NCBI GenBank assembly: GCA_050298055.1
Contig: JBNKTL010000016.1
Span: 1-64,000, forward strand
Direction of reading: 5' to 3'
Source: Spirochaetota bacterium
GTDB taxonomy: Bacteria > Spirochaetota > UBA4802 > UBA5550
DNA length: 64,000 nt
The notes under the pieces were generated by a model. That model saw only the letters and a program-made list of their open reading frames with translations. It had not been told where the DNA came from and did not search any database. Of this stretch, positions 17,157-27,298 are shown piece after piece (position 1 is the first letter of the stretch; each line of letters begins with the position of its first letter). A program made the position numbers and the translations under genes.

Positions 17157-18356
17157 ATGAACATAAAAAATACATTCATCACTGCGGTAAGAGCTCTGGG
17201 AAGGAACAAGATGCGGTCTGCTCTTACAAGCATCGGAATTATTATCGGTGTATCATCGGTAATTATAATGGTTGGTCTGGGTAACAGTGCCAGGATTACA
17301 GTCCGGGACCGGGTTAAGAACTATGGAACAAACGGAATATCATTGGATACAAGAAAAACAACAAGGATGAATATTACACTTAAGGATGTTGAAAATATAA
17401 AGAAATCCTATTACCAGATAAAATTTATCAGTCCAATAATTTCTATTCCACCTGAAAAAATACAGGTAAAATATCGAAATAAAAATCTTCGATCATCTCT
17501 CTTGGGTATAAATAATGATTACTTTAAAATAGTAAACCAGGCAATTCATTCCGGAAGGTTGTTTACCGATGAAGAAGTAAAAGCGACCGCAAAGGTTGCC
17601 ATAATAGGTAAAACACTTGTCAGTGAGCTTTTCCTGAATAGCGATCCGCTGGGACAGTCAATAATCGTAAACAATATTCCCTTTAAAGTGATCGGAGTTC
17701 TTTCAGAAGCAGGTGAAGCGTTCTCCGGAAAGGATGTTAACAATATACTGACGATACCCATAACAACCACAATGGCAAGGCTCTCCGGGGGTTCTTTAAC
17801 ATTCAGACAAATCTACGTAACATCTCTCAATGAATCACTTGTGGATGAAACAGCTGTAATACTTCGAAATTTTTTCAGAAAAAAATACTCAATTCCTGAC
17901 GGCAAAGAGGATAAATTAAGGGTTCAGACCAGTGAAGATAAGTTAAAAATGGCAAATGATATTTCAAAAGCCCTCTCAATTCTTCTCGCAGGGATCGCGT
18001 CTATCTCACTCTTTGTGGGCGGTGTGGGTATTATGAATATCATGCTTGTTTCTGTTACTGAGAGAACCCGTGAAATTGGGATAAGAATGGCCGTAGGAGC
18101 TAAAAAACGCGACATTATGATACAGTTCCTTATTGAATCGGTAACTCTCAGTTCAGTTGGAGGGATCATAGGGATCACCCTGGGTCTACTAGTATATTTT
18201 CTGATTATTTACTTTATCCAGTGGCCTTTTATCTTTTCAATTTTTTCAATCATAATATCAGTTTTATTTGCTGCTGCTGTGGGAATATTTTTTGGTTACT
18301 ATCCGTCAAAGAAAGCGTCAAATCTAAAACCCATTGAAGCATTAAAGTATGAATAA
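17157..18356 (+). CDS. MacB/FtsX-family ABC transporter permease
   Basis: RSALTSIGIIIGV, GGVGIMNIMLVSVTERTREIGIR.AVGA, PIEALKYE. Confidence 0.92.
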   Translation: MNIKNTFITAVRALGRNKMRSALTSIGIIIGVSSVIIMVGLGNSARITVRDRVKNYGTNGISLDTRKTTRMNITLKDVENIKKSYYQIKFISPIISIPPEKIQVKYRNKNLRSSLLGINNDYFKIVNQAIHSGRLFTDEEVKATAKVAIIGKTLVSELFLNSDPLGQSIIVNNIPFKVIGVLSEAGEAFSGKDVNNILTIPITTTMARLSGGSLTFRQIYVTSLNESLVDETAVILRNFFRKKYSIPDGKEDKLRVQTSEDKLKMANDISKALSILLAGIASISLFVGGVGIMNIMLVSVTERTREIGIRMAVGAKKRDIMIQFLIESVTLSSVGGIIGITLGLLVYFLIIYFIQWPFIFSIFSIIISVLFAAAVGIFFGYYPSKKASNLKPIEALKYE

Positions 18357-18358
18357 AT

Positions 18359-18462
18359 GTAACGACTCAGCTCTATGTCTAATAAAAATGTATTTACTCA
18401 AATTGCAGCAACATGTCAGTTTTGTTATAATAAAAATCATTAATTTCGAATAGAATTATTCA
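18359..18462. repeat. Family A copy lacking the central hairpin
   Basis: Left end GTAACGACTCAGCTCTATG; GCAACATGTCAGTT joins the two hairpin flanks; right end degenerate, so the end coordinate is approximate. Confidence 0.6.
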
Positions 18463-18573
18463 ATCTGAAAAAGCTTTTTCGTCCAATAAAAATTTGAAGA
18501 ATTTACTTGATTTTATGCCGAAATTATAATAATACAATATGAATTACGACTCCGGAATCAATAAAGAGGAATA

Positions 18574-19791
18574 ATGACGGCTACCCAGTTTAAGGTTGAA
18601 AATTACCTTGCCAATTCGTTTATAATGATAGAAGGCAAAAAAAATGCCAATAACTTCTATATTATCAGAAGTGGTAAAGTTAAGGTAAAAAAAGAGAACC
18701 CAGTCGCCGGGGAGGAGCCATTTACTATTTTCGGGCCGGGGGATTTTTTTGGAGTCGTGTCGTGTATGAGTACACATGCACGAATAGAAACCGCTATTGC
18801 TCTAGAAAATGTTTCACTCATATCAGTAGAGAGAGAACTCTTCGGGCTTCTTATTCAAAAAAATCCGGCAGTTGCCATGAAGATTATAAGGTTTTTCAGC
18901 AGAAAGCTGAGAGATTTTGACCAGTCTATTACTAAACTGACACTTAAAAATAATGTTGAAGAGGACCCTTCTCACCTTTTTAATATTGGTGAGTACTATA
19001 TAAAGAAAAAAGTTTTTAATCACGCCATATATGCTTACCAGAGATATCTCCAGTACTGTCCTAATGGAAATAACAGAGACGTTGCCCTTCAGCGCCTCAA
19101 GTCCCTCAAGGCGTCTTACAAGGTTCCCGATCCGCAGGGCAAAGACAGCATGAACAGGAGTTATCCTGACAATACAATGCTCTTCAGTGAATATGAGCCC
19201 GGGAATGAACTCTATATCATCCAATCGGGAAAAGTTAAAATAACGAAAATTGTTGACCAGGAAGTGCTCCTTGCAGTACTGAAAGGAGGCGATATATTCG
19301 GTGAGATGGCTCTTCTTGATAATAAACCGAGGTCTGCTTCGGCCATATCTTTCGGTGACGTGAATGTGCTGGCAATCAATAAATCTAACTTTGAAGGGAT
19401 GGTCCAGGCACAACCCCAGCTTGCGACGAGACTGATTCAGCTTCTCAGTGAACGCATCTGGACCGCATACAGGCAGCTTGAGAATCTGCTCATTCGCGAT
19501 ATGCTGGGGAGAATATATGACACACTTCTCATCCAGATCGAAAAACAGAAAATCAAGATAAAACCAAAAGAACCGCATAACTTTGAATTCGGAACAAAAG
19601 AACTTATTGACATGGTGGGACTTCCCCAGAATAAGGGAGAGGTACAGATTGTCCAGCTTCTTGAAGATAAGCATATAAAACTTGAAGAGGGAAAAATTAT
19701 CTGTACCGATCTTGAAGAACTTGAAAAAACCGTGCATTTTTTCAGGAAGAAATCCGTCATGGAACGAAAGCGTGAATCAAGCAAACAGTAA
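18574..19791 (+). CDS. Crp/Fnr-like protein with two cyclic-nucleotide-binding domains and a central TPR
   Basis: FYIIRSGKV...GDFFG; LYIIQSGKV...GDIFGEMALLD.KPRSASA; FNIGEYY...AY.RYLQ.CP TPR. Confidence 0.85.
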   Translation: MTATQFKVENYLANSFIMIEGKKNANNFYIIRSGKVKVKKENPVAGEEPFTIFGPGDFFGVVSCMSTHARIETAIALENVSLISVERELFGLLIQKNPAVAMKIIRFFSRKLRDFDQSITKLTLKNNVEEDPSHLFNIGEYYIKKKVFNHAIYAYQRYLQYCPNGNNRDVALQRLKSLKASYKVPDPQGKDSMNRSYPDNTMLFSEYEPGNELYIIQSGKVKITKIVDQEVLLAVLKGGDIFGEMALLDNKPRSASAISFGDVNVLAINKSNFEGMVQAQPQLATRLIQLLSERIWTAYRQLENLLIRDMLGRIYDTLLIQIEKQKIKIKPKEPHNFEFGTKELIDMVGLPQNKGEVQIVQLLEDKHIKLEEGKIICTDLEELEKTVHFFRKKSVMERKRESSKQ

Positions 19792-21841
19792 AGCAGTCAA
19801 ATTAACTATTATCATAATATTATCCTTTCTGCTTTTTTTAGCACTTTCAACAGCTCTTGTTTTTTATTTTTTCCCCAGGGACAAAGTTCAAGCAATGATA
19901 ATTGAAAGTGCCCGTGATCTTCTGAAAAGGGAAATTTCAATAAGGGATCTTGACTACAGTCTAAAGGGATTCTCACTTTCCGGTATTAAGATTTATGATA
20001 TACCCTTCTCTGAAGGAAAAGTCCTTGCTGAAGCGGAAAATATCGTCCTTGGTGTAGCTTTACCTTCACTTCTTCAAAAGAAGATCCTTATCAGCCGAAT
20101 CTATTGTAAAAATTTGAAATTAAATTTTGAATTTGATAATGAAGGAAATTCAAATATTAAAAAGCTTATTAAGGATCTTTCAGGTCCGGCTAAAGAAGAC
20201 AAACAGACTGCTGACATAAAAATGATCCGGCTGGAGAATACCTCCTTCATTCTGAAAAACCCCCCGGAAATATTGAAACCTCTTGAAGGTGAATACAGGA
20301 TTAACTCCGATTTTTATCCGAAAAAGAATTCCACAATTGATGTAAAAAAATGCAGACTCCAACTGCCCGGTGACAGGGGAATACTTTATCCGGAAATAAA
20401 TGTTAATTTAAAACAGGACAATTTCGAAATAACCGGTGAAACCGGCCTGGACAGAGCATCTCTGGCTTGGGTATACAGGTGGGCCTCAACCCCTCTTCCC
20501 TATCATCTTGTAACCGGGCGTGTTACGGAACTAAAGATTACAAAAGATCTGGTTGAAGGAAAAGCTGATATTGTCTCTACAATCTACAATTCCCAGAAAA
20601 AGATTAATGCCATCGGGTATTGCAGGGTCCGCATAGATAAGAAGACTGTGCTGATATCCGATACCAGCGGAAATATCGATCAATCGAAGGGTTCTCTCAG
20701 AAAGCTCCTTCTGACTTTTAACGGAACTCTCCTTGGACTCGAGATGCCCGATTTTGACTTCAGCATATCTGATATCAGGTCCCTGATCAGGAAAGTCCCG
20801 GAGGAACTCTACGGCAGGGCTTCTGGAAGCGTCAGTTATTCCGGGGAGAAGGTTAATGCTGAAATTAAACTTTTCAATATAGGTTTTGACTCAAAGAAGA
20901 AACTCTTATCCGGCATAAACACTGAATTATCTATCGTCAATAACATATTCAAAAAAGAGAACCTTCGGATTAATATTATGGATAATCCCTGCCTTGTTTC
21001 CGTTGCATCAACAGACGGGCTGCTAAAAAAAATATTCCTGAATATTTCTGCCGAGAATTTTACAGTAAAATGGAAAAGTAACGGCTCAAAAAAGACCTCC
21101 TTCATTCTCCCTTTTCAATTAACAGGAAAGATCTCAGCAAAAAAAATGTTTGCAGACCCGGTAACCATAACAGGTCTGAATATCATTTACGAAGCAACCG
21201 GTAATACAATCGATGTTAAAAAAATCGGTGCTTATACCATGGGTGGTTCCGTTAATGGAAGCGGCCGGATAGATATGTCCGGTGAGGTGCCCATGGCAAC
21301 ACTGAAAACCCTTTTTAACAGTATTAAAGTGCAGGATATTGCTTCACTCAGCGATAACTTTAAAGGAAGAATGTTTGGCGTGGCCGACGGCAGGATAAAC
21401 CTCTCATGTGAGCTGGGAAAGGATATACTGAAAACCGTCAGAGGAAAAGCGGAGGTTATTATCGACAAAGGTAAGCTTGCCGATACGGGAATTCAAAACG
21501 GTCTCGGGGTCTGGCTCTCTGAGCTCAAGTATAAACTTAAAGACCTTGAATTTAACAAAATTTACGGTGATGTTTCGCTCAACGGTGTCAATTATTTTAT
21601 TAACTCCTTTCAACTACAGTCCGAAGACATTCAGCTTAAGCTCAGGGGCAGGATTAATGATAATTTAATTGCAGAGAATCTTCATATCAGCCTTGAATTT
21701 ACCAACCAGTTCATTCAGGACCTTCCGGCTCCTGCTATAAGGATTGGACTGAGAAAAAATCTCAGGGGCAAATGGTATGTGATCCCTTTTCTCCTGAACG
21801 GTGATATTACAAAAAGCAAGAATCTGAAGAGAATAAAGTAA
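19772..21841 (+). CDS. AsmA-family protein
   Basis: N-terminal TM followed by a long beta-rich repetitive body; probable GTG start at 19772 (ORF track 19682 overlaps the upstream gene). Confidence 0.65.
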   Translation: MNQANSKAVKLTIIIILSFLLFLALSTALVFYFFPRDKVQAMIIESARDLLKREISIRDLDYSLKGFSLSGIKIYDIPFSEGKVLAEAENIVLGVALPSLLQKKILISRIYCKNLKLNFEFDNEGNSNIKKLIKDLSGPAKEDKQTADIKMIRLENTSFILKNPPEILKPLEGEYRINSDFYPKKNSTIDVKKCRLQLPGDRGILYPEINVNLKQDNFEITGETGLDRASLAWVYRWASTPLPYHLVTGRVTELKITKDLVEGKADIVSTIYNSQKKINAIGYCRVRIDKKTVLISDTSGNIDQSKGSLRKLLLTFNGTLLGLEMPDFDFSISDIRSLIRKVPEELYGRASGSVSYSGEKVNAEIKLFNIGFDSKKKLLSGINTELSIVNNIFKKENLRINIMDNPCLVSVASTDGLLKKIFLNISAENFTVKWKSNGSKKTSFILPFQLTGKISAKKMFADPVTITGLNIIYEATGNTIDVKKIGAYTMGGSVNGSGRIDMSGEVPMATLKTLFNSIKVQDIASLSDNFKGRMFGVADGRINLSCELGKDILKTVRGKAEVIIDKGKLADTGIQNGLGVWLSELKYKLKDLEFNKIYGDVSLNGVNYFINSFQLQSEDIQLKLRGRINDNLIAENLHISLEFTNQFIQDLPAPAIRIGLRKNLRGKWYVIPFLLNGDITKSKNLKRIK

Positions 21842-21872
21842 AGGCACATCTAATAATTATTTTTTGTTTACT

Positions 21873-22409
21873 TCAATACTTTTTATCTGCCAGATCAACC
21901 CATCCCCCGGCATCAATGAGGCTTTTATCATAATCCGAAAGATTGAAGCTGAATGTTTCAACTTTATCACCTGATTTTACAACGAAGGTGCCGTTTTCCA
22001 GGTCAGTCTTAACTTCCGTTTCACCCCTCGAGAAATCCCTGAACAGCTTTTCTATATCATCAGCAGAAAGCTCTACGGCAAGCATCCCGCAGTTGAACAT
22101 GTTCTGCCTGAAAATCCTCGCAAAGCTCTCTGCAATGACAAGGTTTATCTTATTGACTTCAAGTGCCCAGGGAGCATGTTCCCGGGAAGAACCGCATCCA
22201 AAATTCGACCGGGTTATAACAACCGATTTTCCTTCAATATCACTGCTTCCCCTGAAGCTTTCCAATACAAGATCCTCCAGGAGATGGGGTTTAAGGGCCT
22301 CCTTAGATATCTCCGTGAGATATTTTGCCGGTATTATTTCATCTGTATTGATATCCGACCTGTCTAAAAAAAGGACATTGCCGTTGAAATCTTTCATATT
22401 GTCAATCAA
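21873..22409 (-). CDS. leuD: 3-isopropylmalate dehydratase small subunit
   Basis: DINTDEIIPA, NFGCGSSREHA, SFARIF..N. Confidence 0.9.
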   Translation of the reverse strand: MIDNMKDFNGNVLFLDRSDINTDEIIPAKYLTEISKEALKPHLLEDLVLESFRGSSDIEGKSVVITRSNFGCGSSREHAPWALEVNKINLVIAESFARIFRQNMFNCGMLAVELSADDIEKLFRDFSRGETEVKTDLENGTFVVKSGDKVETFSFNLSDYDKSLIDAGGWVDLADKKY

Positions 22410-23692
22410 CCCCTGTATTTAACTGAATTGGTAATTCTGCCGTTGATAGCTGTTGCCGCAGCAGTGGCGGGACTCATGAGGTGGACCATCCCTCCCCTGC
22501 CCATTCTTCCATTGAAGTTCCTGTTGGTTGTGGAGGCGCAGACCTCACCCTCGGCAAGAACACCGTTACTCATACCCAGGCATGCGCCACAGGTGGGATT
22601 TGTGACACAGAAACCCGCATCCAGGAACTTTTTTAATATTCCTTCTTCCAGTGCGCCGGAATAAGCTCCCGGGGATGCAGGTGACACGATCCCCCTCACA
22701 TGGGGGTTTATCTTTTTCCCGTCAAGTATTTCTGCGGCTATCTTCAGGTCTTCGAGCCTTCCGTTGGTACACGATCCGATATAGACCTGGTCAACCGCAG
22801 TTCCCTCCATCTCACGGACTGACCTGACCTGGTCCGGCTTATAACCAAAGGTTACCTGCGGTTCGAGATCGCTTATATCATATTCAATGACTTTATCATA
22901 AACAGCATCCGGGTCCGATACCCACTTTTTATAATCCGAAAGCGCTTCATCCTTTGATTGATAATCATTTTTGATAAACTCCCAGAGGTATTCAACTGTT
23001 ACGGCATCCGGATAGCATATCCCGCTTGTAGCTCCCGCTTCCACAGACATATTACAGAGTGTCATTCTGGAATCCATGTCCATCCTTTCCACAACCGGCC
23101 CGGTAAATTCAATGATTCTGTTTGTTGCTCCGTCAACCCCTATCCTGCTGATGATGAAGAGGATGACATCCTTTGCATAGACTCCGGAAGGAAGAGTCCC
23201 GGTAAGATTGATTCGGATTGTCACCGGCGATCTGAATGCGCAGACACCCTTCAGTATTCCCACTTCAAGATCAGTTGTACCCACCCCTGCAGCAAAAGCA
23301 CCGAACGCGCCGTGTGTGCAGGTGTGTGAATCACCCATTATAATTGTATAACCCGGTCTGCTGAATCCCATCTCGGGAAAGACCGCGTGACAGACACCGT
23401 TTCGGCCTATATCGAAGAAGTCACCTATCTTATGGCGCCTGGCCCAGTCTCGAAGGATCTTCCCCTGCAGGGCCGTTTTACTGTCCTTGGCCGGAGTCAC
23501 ATGATCGATGACGACTTTGATCTTATGGGGATCGAAGACACGATCTTTTCCCCGTGCTACAAGGTCATTTATTGCTATTGGTGTGGTTATTTCGTGGCAG
23601 AAGACCGCATCAAGTTTTAAAACATGAACGTCATCTGAGGGAGAATCCACAGTATGCGATTCAAATATTTTTTCTGCAATTGTTTTCCCCAT
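22406..23692 (-). CDS. leuC: 3-isopropylmalate dehydratase large subunit (LeuC/HacA type)
   Basis: GDSHTCTHGA, IGSCTNGR, CGACLG, STTNRNF.GRMG. Confidence 0.9.
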   Translation of the reverse strand: MGKTIAEKIFESHTVDSPSDDVHVLKLDAVFCHEITTPIAINDLVARGKDRVFDPHKIKVVIDHVTPAKDSKTALQGKILRDWARRHKIGDFFDIGRNGVCHAVFPEMGFSRPGYTIIMGDSHTCTHGAFGAFAAGVGTTDLEVGILKGVCAFRSPVTIRINLTGTLPSGVYAKDVILFIISRIGVDGATNRIIEFTGPVVERMDMDSRMTLCNMSVEAGATSGICYPDAVTVEYLWEFIKNDYQSKDEALSDYKKWVSDPDAVYDKVIEYDISDLEPQVTFGYKPDQVRSVREMEGTAVDQVYIGSCTNGRLEDLKIAAEILDGKKINPHVRGIVSPASPGAYSGALEEGILKKFLDAGFCVTNPTCGACLGMSNGVLAEGEVCASTTNRNFNGRMGRGGMVHLMSPATAAATAINGRITNSVKYRG

Positions 23693-23736
23693 AATTTTCC
23701 TTCCAGAACAATCATACTGATCAATTTAAGGTCCCC

Positions 23737-26232
23737 TTAAACCTGTTTCACCGGTATGCTTTCTTCATTCTTATCGTCGCTTTCTTTTGCAACTTTTGTG
23801 TCATTTTCCAGATATTCTTTGATACGGAAAGTAATTTTTTTCCCTTTCATCACAGCCTGGATTTTTTTTGCGTTGTTGAATTTTCCCTTGAGGAGATCAA
23901 CGGCAAGGGCGTCCTCGAGGTCTCTCTGTATTACCTTTCGGATATTCCTGGCCCCGTATTTTTCATCATAACCGGTATCAGAAATATGATTTAACACACT
24001 GGAAGAAAAATTTATTTCAATGCTCCTCTCAAGAAGTTTTCGCTTTATCTCGTCAAGCATTATCTTGACAATTTCTTTTACGTGGTTCCTGTCCAGCTTG
24101 TGAAAATAAATGACTTCATCAATCCTGTTGATAAACTCAGGATTAAAAAGCCTGTTGAATTCATCGGAAACAGTTTCAAAGTTATCATTATCGGATAAAT
24201 CCCGGTCCTTGAATCCAAGTCTTCCTCCCTTCTGAAAGTTCCGGTTCCCGATATTTGACGTAAGAATGATTATGACATCCCGGAAACTTACAGTGGCACC
24301 TGAACCGTCCGTGAGCTCTCCCTCCTCAAGCACCTGTAAAAGTATGTTAAAGAGATCAGGATGGGCCTTTTCAATTTCATCGAAGAGAATCACAGAATAC
24401 GGGCGCCTCTTCACCTTCTCCGTAAGCTGACCTCCCTCTTCGTAACCGATATATCCGGGAGGAGCACCTATGAGCCGGGAGACCGAGTGTTTCTCCATGT
24501 ATTCTGACATATCCAGCCTGATAAGGTTCTTTTCATCTTCAAAAAGGAATTCAGCCAGTGCTTTTGCAAGCTCAGATTTACCCACACCTGTGGGACCGAG
24601 AAAAATAAATGAACCGGAAGGCCTGTCATAACTTGAGAGTCCGGCCCTGGTCCTCCGTATGGATTTACTGATAGCTGATATGGCATCATCCTGCCCGATA
24701 ATTCTCCTGTGGAGCTCATCCTCGATTCTCAGGAGTTTCTCTGCCATGGACTCCTCGAGGTTCTCTACGGGGATCCCGGTACTTTCGGAAACAATTGACG
24801 CTATGAGCTCGGCATCAACAACCACTTCGTATTCATTCTTCTTATCGATCCAGTCACTGAGTTTTGAGTTGAGAATCTCCTTCTTCTCAATGATCACGTC
24901 ACGTATTGAAGCTGCCTGTTCATACTCCTGGGAAAGCACGAGTTCGTTTTTCCTTTTATTGAGGATATCAATTTCACCATCAAGGCTGTCAATATCCACC
25001 GGTTTCTCCCTGTTGCTCAACCGGGCCATTGCCCCGGCTTCATCCATAATATCTATAGCCTTATCGGGAAGAAACCTGTCATGAATATACCTTTCGGCAA
25101 GTATCGCAGATTCAACAAGAGCGGCATCGGTATACCTTACCTTGTGGTGCTCCTCGTATGAGTTTTTCAATCCTTTGAGGATCTCAATAGTATCATCGAT
25201 ATCAGGCTCATCAACAAGGATCGACTGGAACCTCCTCACAAGGGCCGCATCCTTTTCAATATACATCCTGAACTCGTTAAGGGTTGTTGCCCCGATACAT
25301 TGAAGTTCACCCCTGGCAAGGGCGGGCTTCAGTATGTTTGCCGCATCGATTGCACCTTCGGCTGCACCGGCCCCTATTATGGTATGGAGTTCATCGATAA
25401 AAACGATGACATTCTTCACTTCTTTTATCTCTTTGACAACCCGTTTAAGCCTGTCCTCAAATTCTCCCCTGTACTTTGTTCCCGCAACAATTGCAGCCAT
25501 ATCAATAGAAAGGACCCTGCTCTCCTGAAGAGTGGAAGAGACCAGTTTCTCAACAATCCGCTGCGCAAGACCTTCCACAATAGCTGTCTTCCCCACACCG
25601 GCTTCACCAATGAGTATGGGATTGTTTTTTCGTTTACGGGAAAGGATCCTGATGACACGCTCAATTTCGTCGTTTCTTCCGATAACCGGATCAAGAAGTC
25701 CGGCCTCAGCCATCTTTGTAAGGTCATGGGTAAATTCTTCAAGGGCCGACGGTTTGTTGCCGGTTTTCAGGTTGGGGGATTTTTCGGTATTCACCTTAAC
25801 ACCCAGGACCCTCAGGATCTCACTTCTGATGACATTATAATCAATTCCCGCTTTAATCAGGCTGTTGAGCCCGAAACATGAGCCCTCCTTGAAAATTGCA
25901 AGAAGAAGATGTTCCGTTCCGATATAGTTATTTTTAAGTTTCTTTGCTTCTTCCTTGGATATTTCTATGACTCTTTTGTACCCTGTGCTGATAGGGACCT
26001 TTCCCAGTATTATGGTTGTACCGTTCTGTTTGATAGATTGTTCTATCTCTTTTTTAAGACGGTCAAAGTTTATACCGAGGTTTTTCATGATCCTTGCGGC
26101 AACCGAGTCCTCATCGTTGAGGAGCGCTATGAGTATATGTTCCGGCCCCAGAAGGTCAGAGTTCAGCCTCTTTCCTTCTGCCTGGGCAAGGAGTTCCAGT
26201 ATCTTTCTTGAACGCTTGGTAAATTCAAACAT
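23737..26232 (-). CDS. clpC: ATP-dependent Clp protease ATP-binding subunit ClpC
   Basis: Two Clp-N repeats, GEAGVGKT, UVR-like EYE.AA.IRD, GPTGVGKS, RLIGAPPGY. Confidence 0.95.
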   Translation of the reverse strand: MFEFTKRSRKILELLAQAEGKRLNSDLLGPEHILIALLNDEDSVAARIMKNLGINFDRLKKEIEQSIKQNGTTIILGKVPISTGYKRVIEISKEEAKKLKNNYIGTEHLLLAIFKEGSCFGLNSLIKAGIDYNVIRSEILRVLGVKVNTEKSPNLKTGNKPSALEEFTHDLTKMAEAGLLDPVIGRNDEIERVIRILSRKRKNNPILIGEAGVGKTAIVEGLAQRIVEKLVSSTLQESRVLSIDMAAIVAGTKYRGEFEDRLKRVVKEIKEVKNVIVFIDELHTIIGAGAAEGAIDAANILKPALARGELQCIGATTLNEFRMYIEKDAALVRRFQSILVDEPDIDDTIEILKGLKNSYEEHHKVRYTDAALVESAILAERYIHDRFLPDKAIDIMDEAGAMARLSNREKPVDIDSLDGEIDILNKRKNELVLSQEYEQAASIRDVIIEKKEILNSKLSDWIDKKNEYEVVVDAELIASIVSESTGIPVENLEESMAEKLLRIEDELHRRIIGQDDAISAISKSIRRTRAGLSSYDRPSGSFIFLGPTGVGKSELAKALAEFLFEDEKNLIRLDMSEYMEKHSVSRLIGAPPGYIGYEEGGQLTEKVKRRPYSVILFDEIEKAHPDLFNILLQVLEEGELTDGSGATVSFRDVIIILTSNIGNRNFQKGGRLGFKDRDLSDNDNFETVSDEFNRLFNPEFINRIDEVIYFHKLDRNHVKEIVKIMLDEIKRKLLERSIEINFSSSVLNHISDTGYDEKYGARNIRKVIQRDLEDALAVDLLKGKFNNAKKIQAVMKGKKITFRIKEYLENDTKVAKESDDKNEESIPVKQV

Positions 26233-26235
26233 GAT

Positions 26236-27288
26236 TTATTCCGTTTTCTGTATATTATTCCTTAAATATTCCGCTCTAAACTCATCGCATTCATCCGAAC
26301 TATTAATAATCCGGTTAAAATAATGTTGTAGGTGAGACCATTGAATGTTGACCATCATATCATTGATCGTACTCAATTCATAATTCTTTATTATGGCAAG
26401 GATTATCCCAAGTCTTATATCTGAGAGCTTATCCATTGCCTCCATGTAGGTAAGATTTCTCGAGTATTTCAAAACCCCGAAAGACCTCCATACCCTGTCT
26501 TCCAGTTCAATCCTGGATTCAGACATATACCTGTCCCGGGCGCTATCTTCAAGTTCAATAAGCTTGTTTATGGCAGAATCAACATTTTCTATAATATCAA
26601 TCTCGGAAAGCCCGAGAGATACCCTGTTAGAGACCTGGTAGATGGCGCCTACTGTACGGTCGCTCTTATCTATTGTCCCCGATAGTATAACACCGGCTGT
26701 TTTAAGTTTATCTCTCAACGATCCGACACTGTTTTTCATTGTCAAAACCGGGAGATGGAGCATGACAGATACCTTCATTCCCGTGCCGATGTTTGAAGGA
26801 CATGAAGTCAGGTATCCGTATTCCCGTGAAAAGGAATAGTTTACGAACCTGTTCAGTTCATCATCGATTTTATCGGCTGTCCTGTAAGTCTCTTCCAATT
26901 GAAGCCCGGGCCGTATTACCTGTATCCTGAAATGGTCCTCATCATTAACCATGATGGAAAAATCATCGGCCTCATTTAGCATAACAAGGCTGAAATCGGA
27001 TATCTCCATTTCATAGGTAATCAGGTTCCTTTCACGAAGATACCTCCTCTCGCCGGAACCGATGTTATTCAGATCAATTATTTTTATCTTTTTCCCAAAG
27101 GATGATTCTTCCGCAAACCTGCTGCATATACTTCTTATTTCTTCAGCATCTGACCTGGTGAGATTGCTGTGAAAAAAAAGCCCTTTCATGTTCCGGGCAA
27201 GTCTTATCCTGCTGGAAAGAACGATATCACTGTTCGGTCCGCTGGATAGCCAGAAACCCTGTTCCCTGTGTAAAATTTCCCTGAACAC
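26236..27288 (-). CDS. mcsB: Protein-arginine kinase McsB (ATP:guanido phosphotransferase)
   Basis: SSRIRLARN, NDEDHFRIQ, GYLTSCPSNIGTG, YQVSN; lies between mcsA and clpC. Confidence 0.85.
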   Translation of the reverse strand: MFREILHREQGFWLSSGPNSDIVLSSRIRLARNMKGLFFHSNLTRSDAEEIRSICSRFAEESSFGKKIKIIDLNNIGSGERRYLRERNLITYEMEISDFSLVMLNEADDFSIMVNDEDHFRIQVIRPGLQLEETYRTADKIDDELNRFVNYSFSREYGYLTSCPSNIGTGMKVSVMLHLPVLTMKNSVGSLRDKLKTAGVILSGTIDKSDRTVGAIYQVSNRVSLGLSEIDIIENVDSAINKLIELEDSARDRYMSESRIELEDRVWRSFGVLKYSRNLTYMEAMDKLSDIRLGIILAIIKNYELSTINDMMVNIQWSHLQHYFNRIINSSDECDEFRAEYLRNNIQKTE

Positions 27289-27298
27289 TTTATCAGCC

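Noticed and set aside
18823..19737. 304-aa antisense ORF over the cNMP-domain gene
   Set aside because: Fully antisense to a well-supported gene; Phe/Ile-rich shadow translation with no motif
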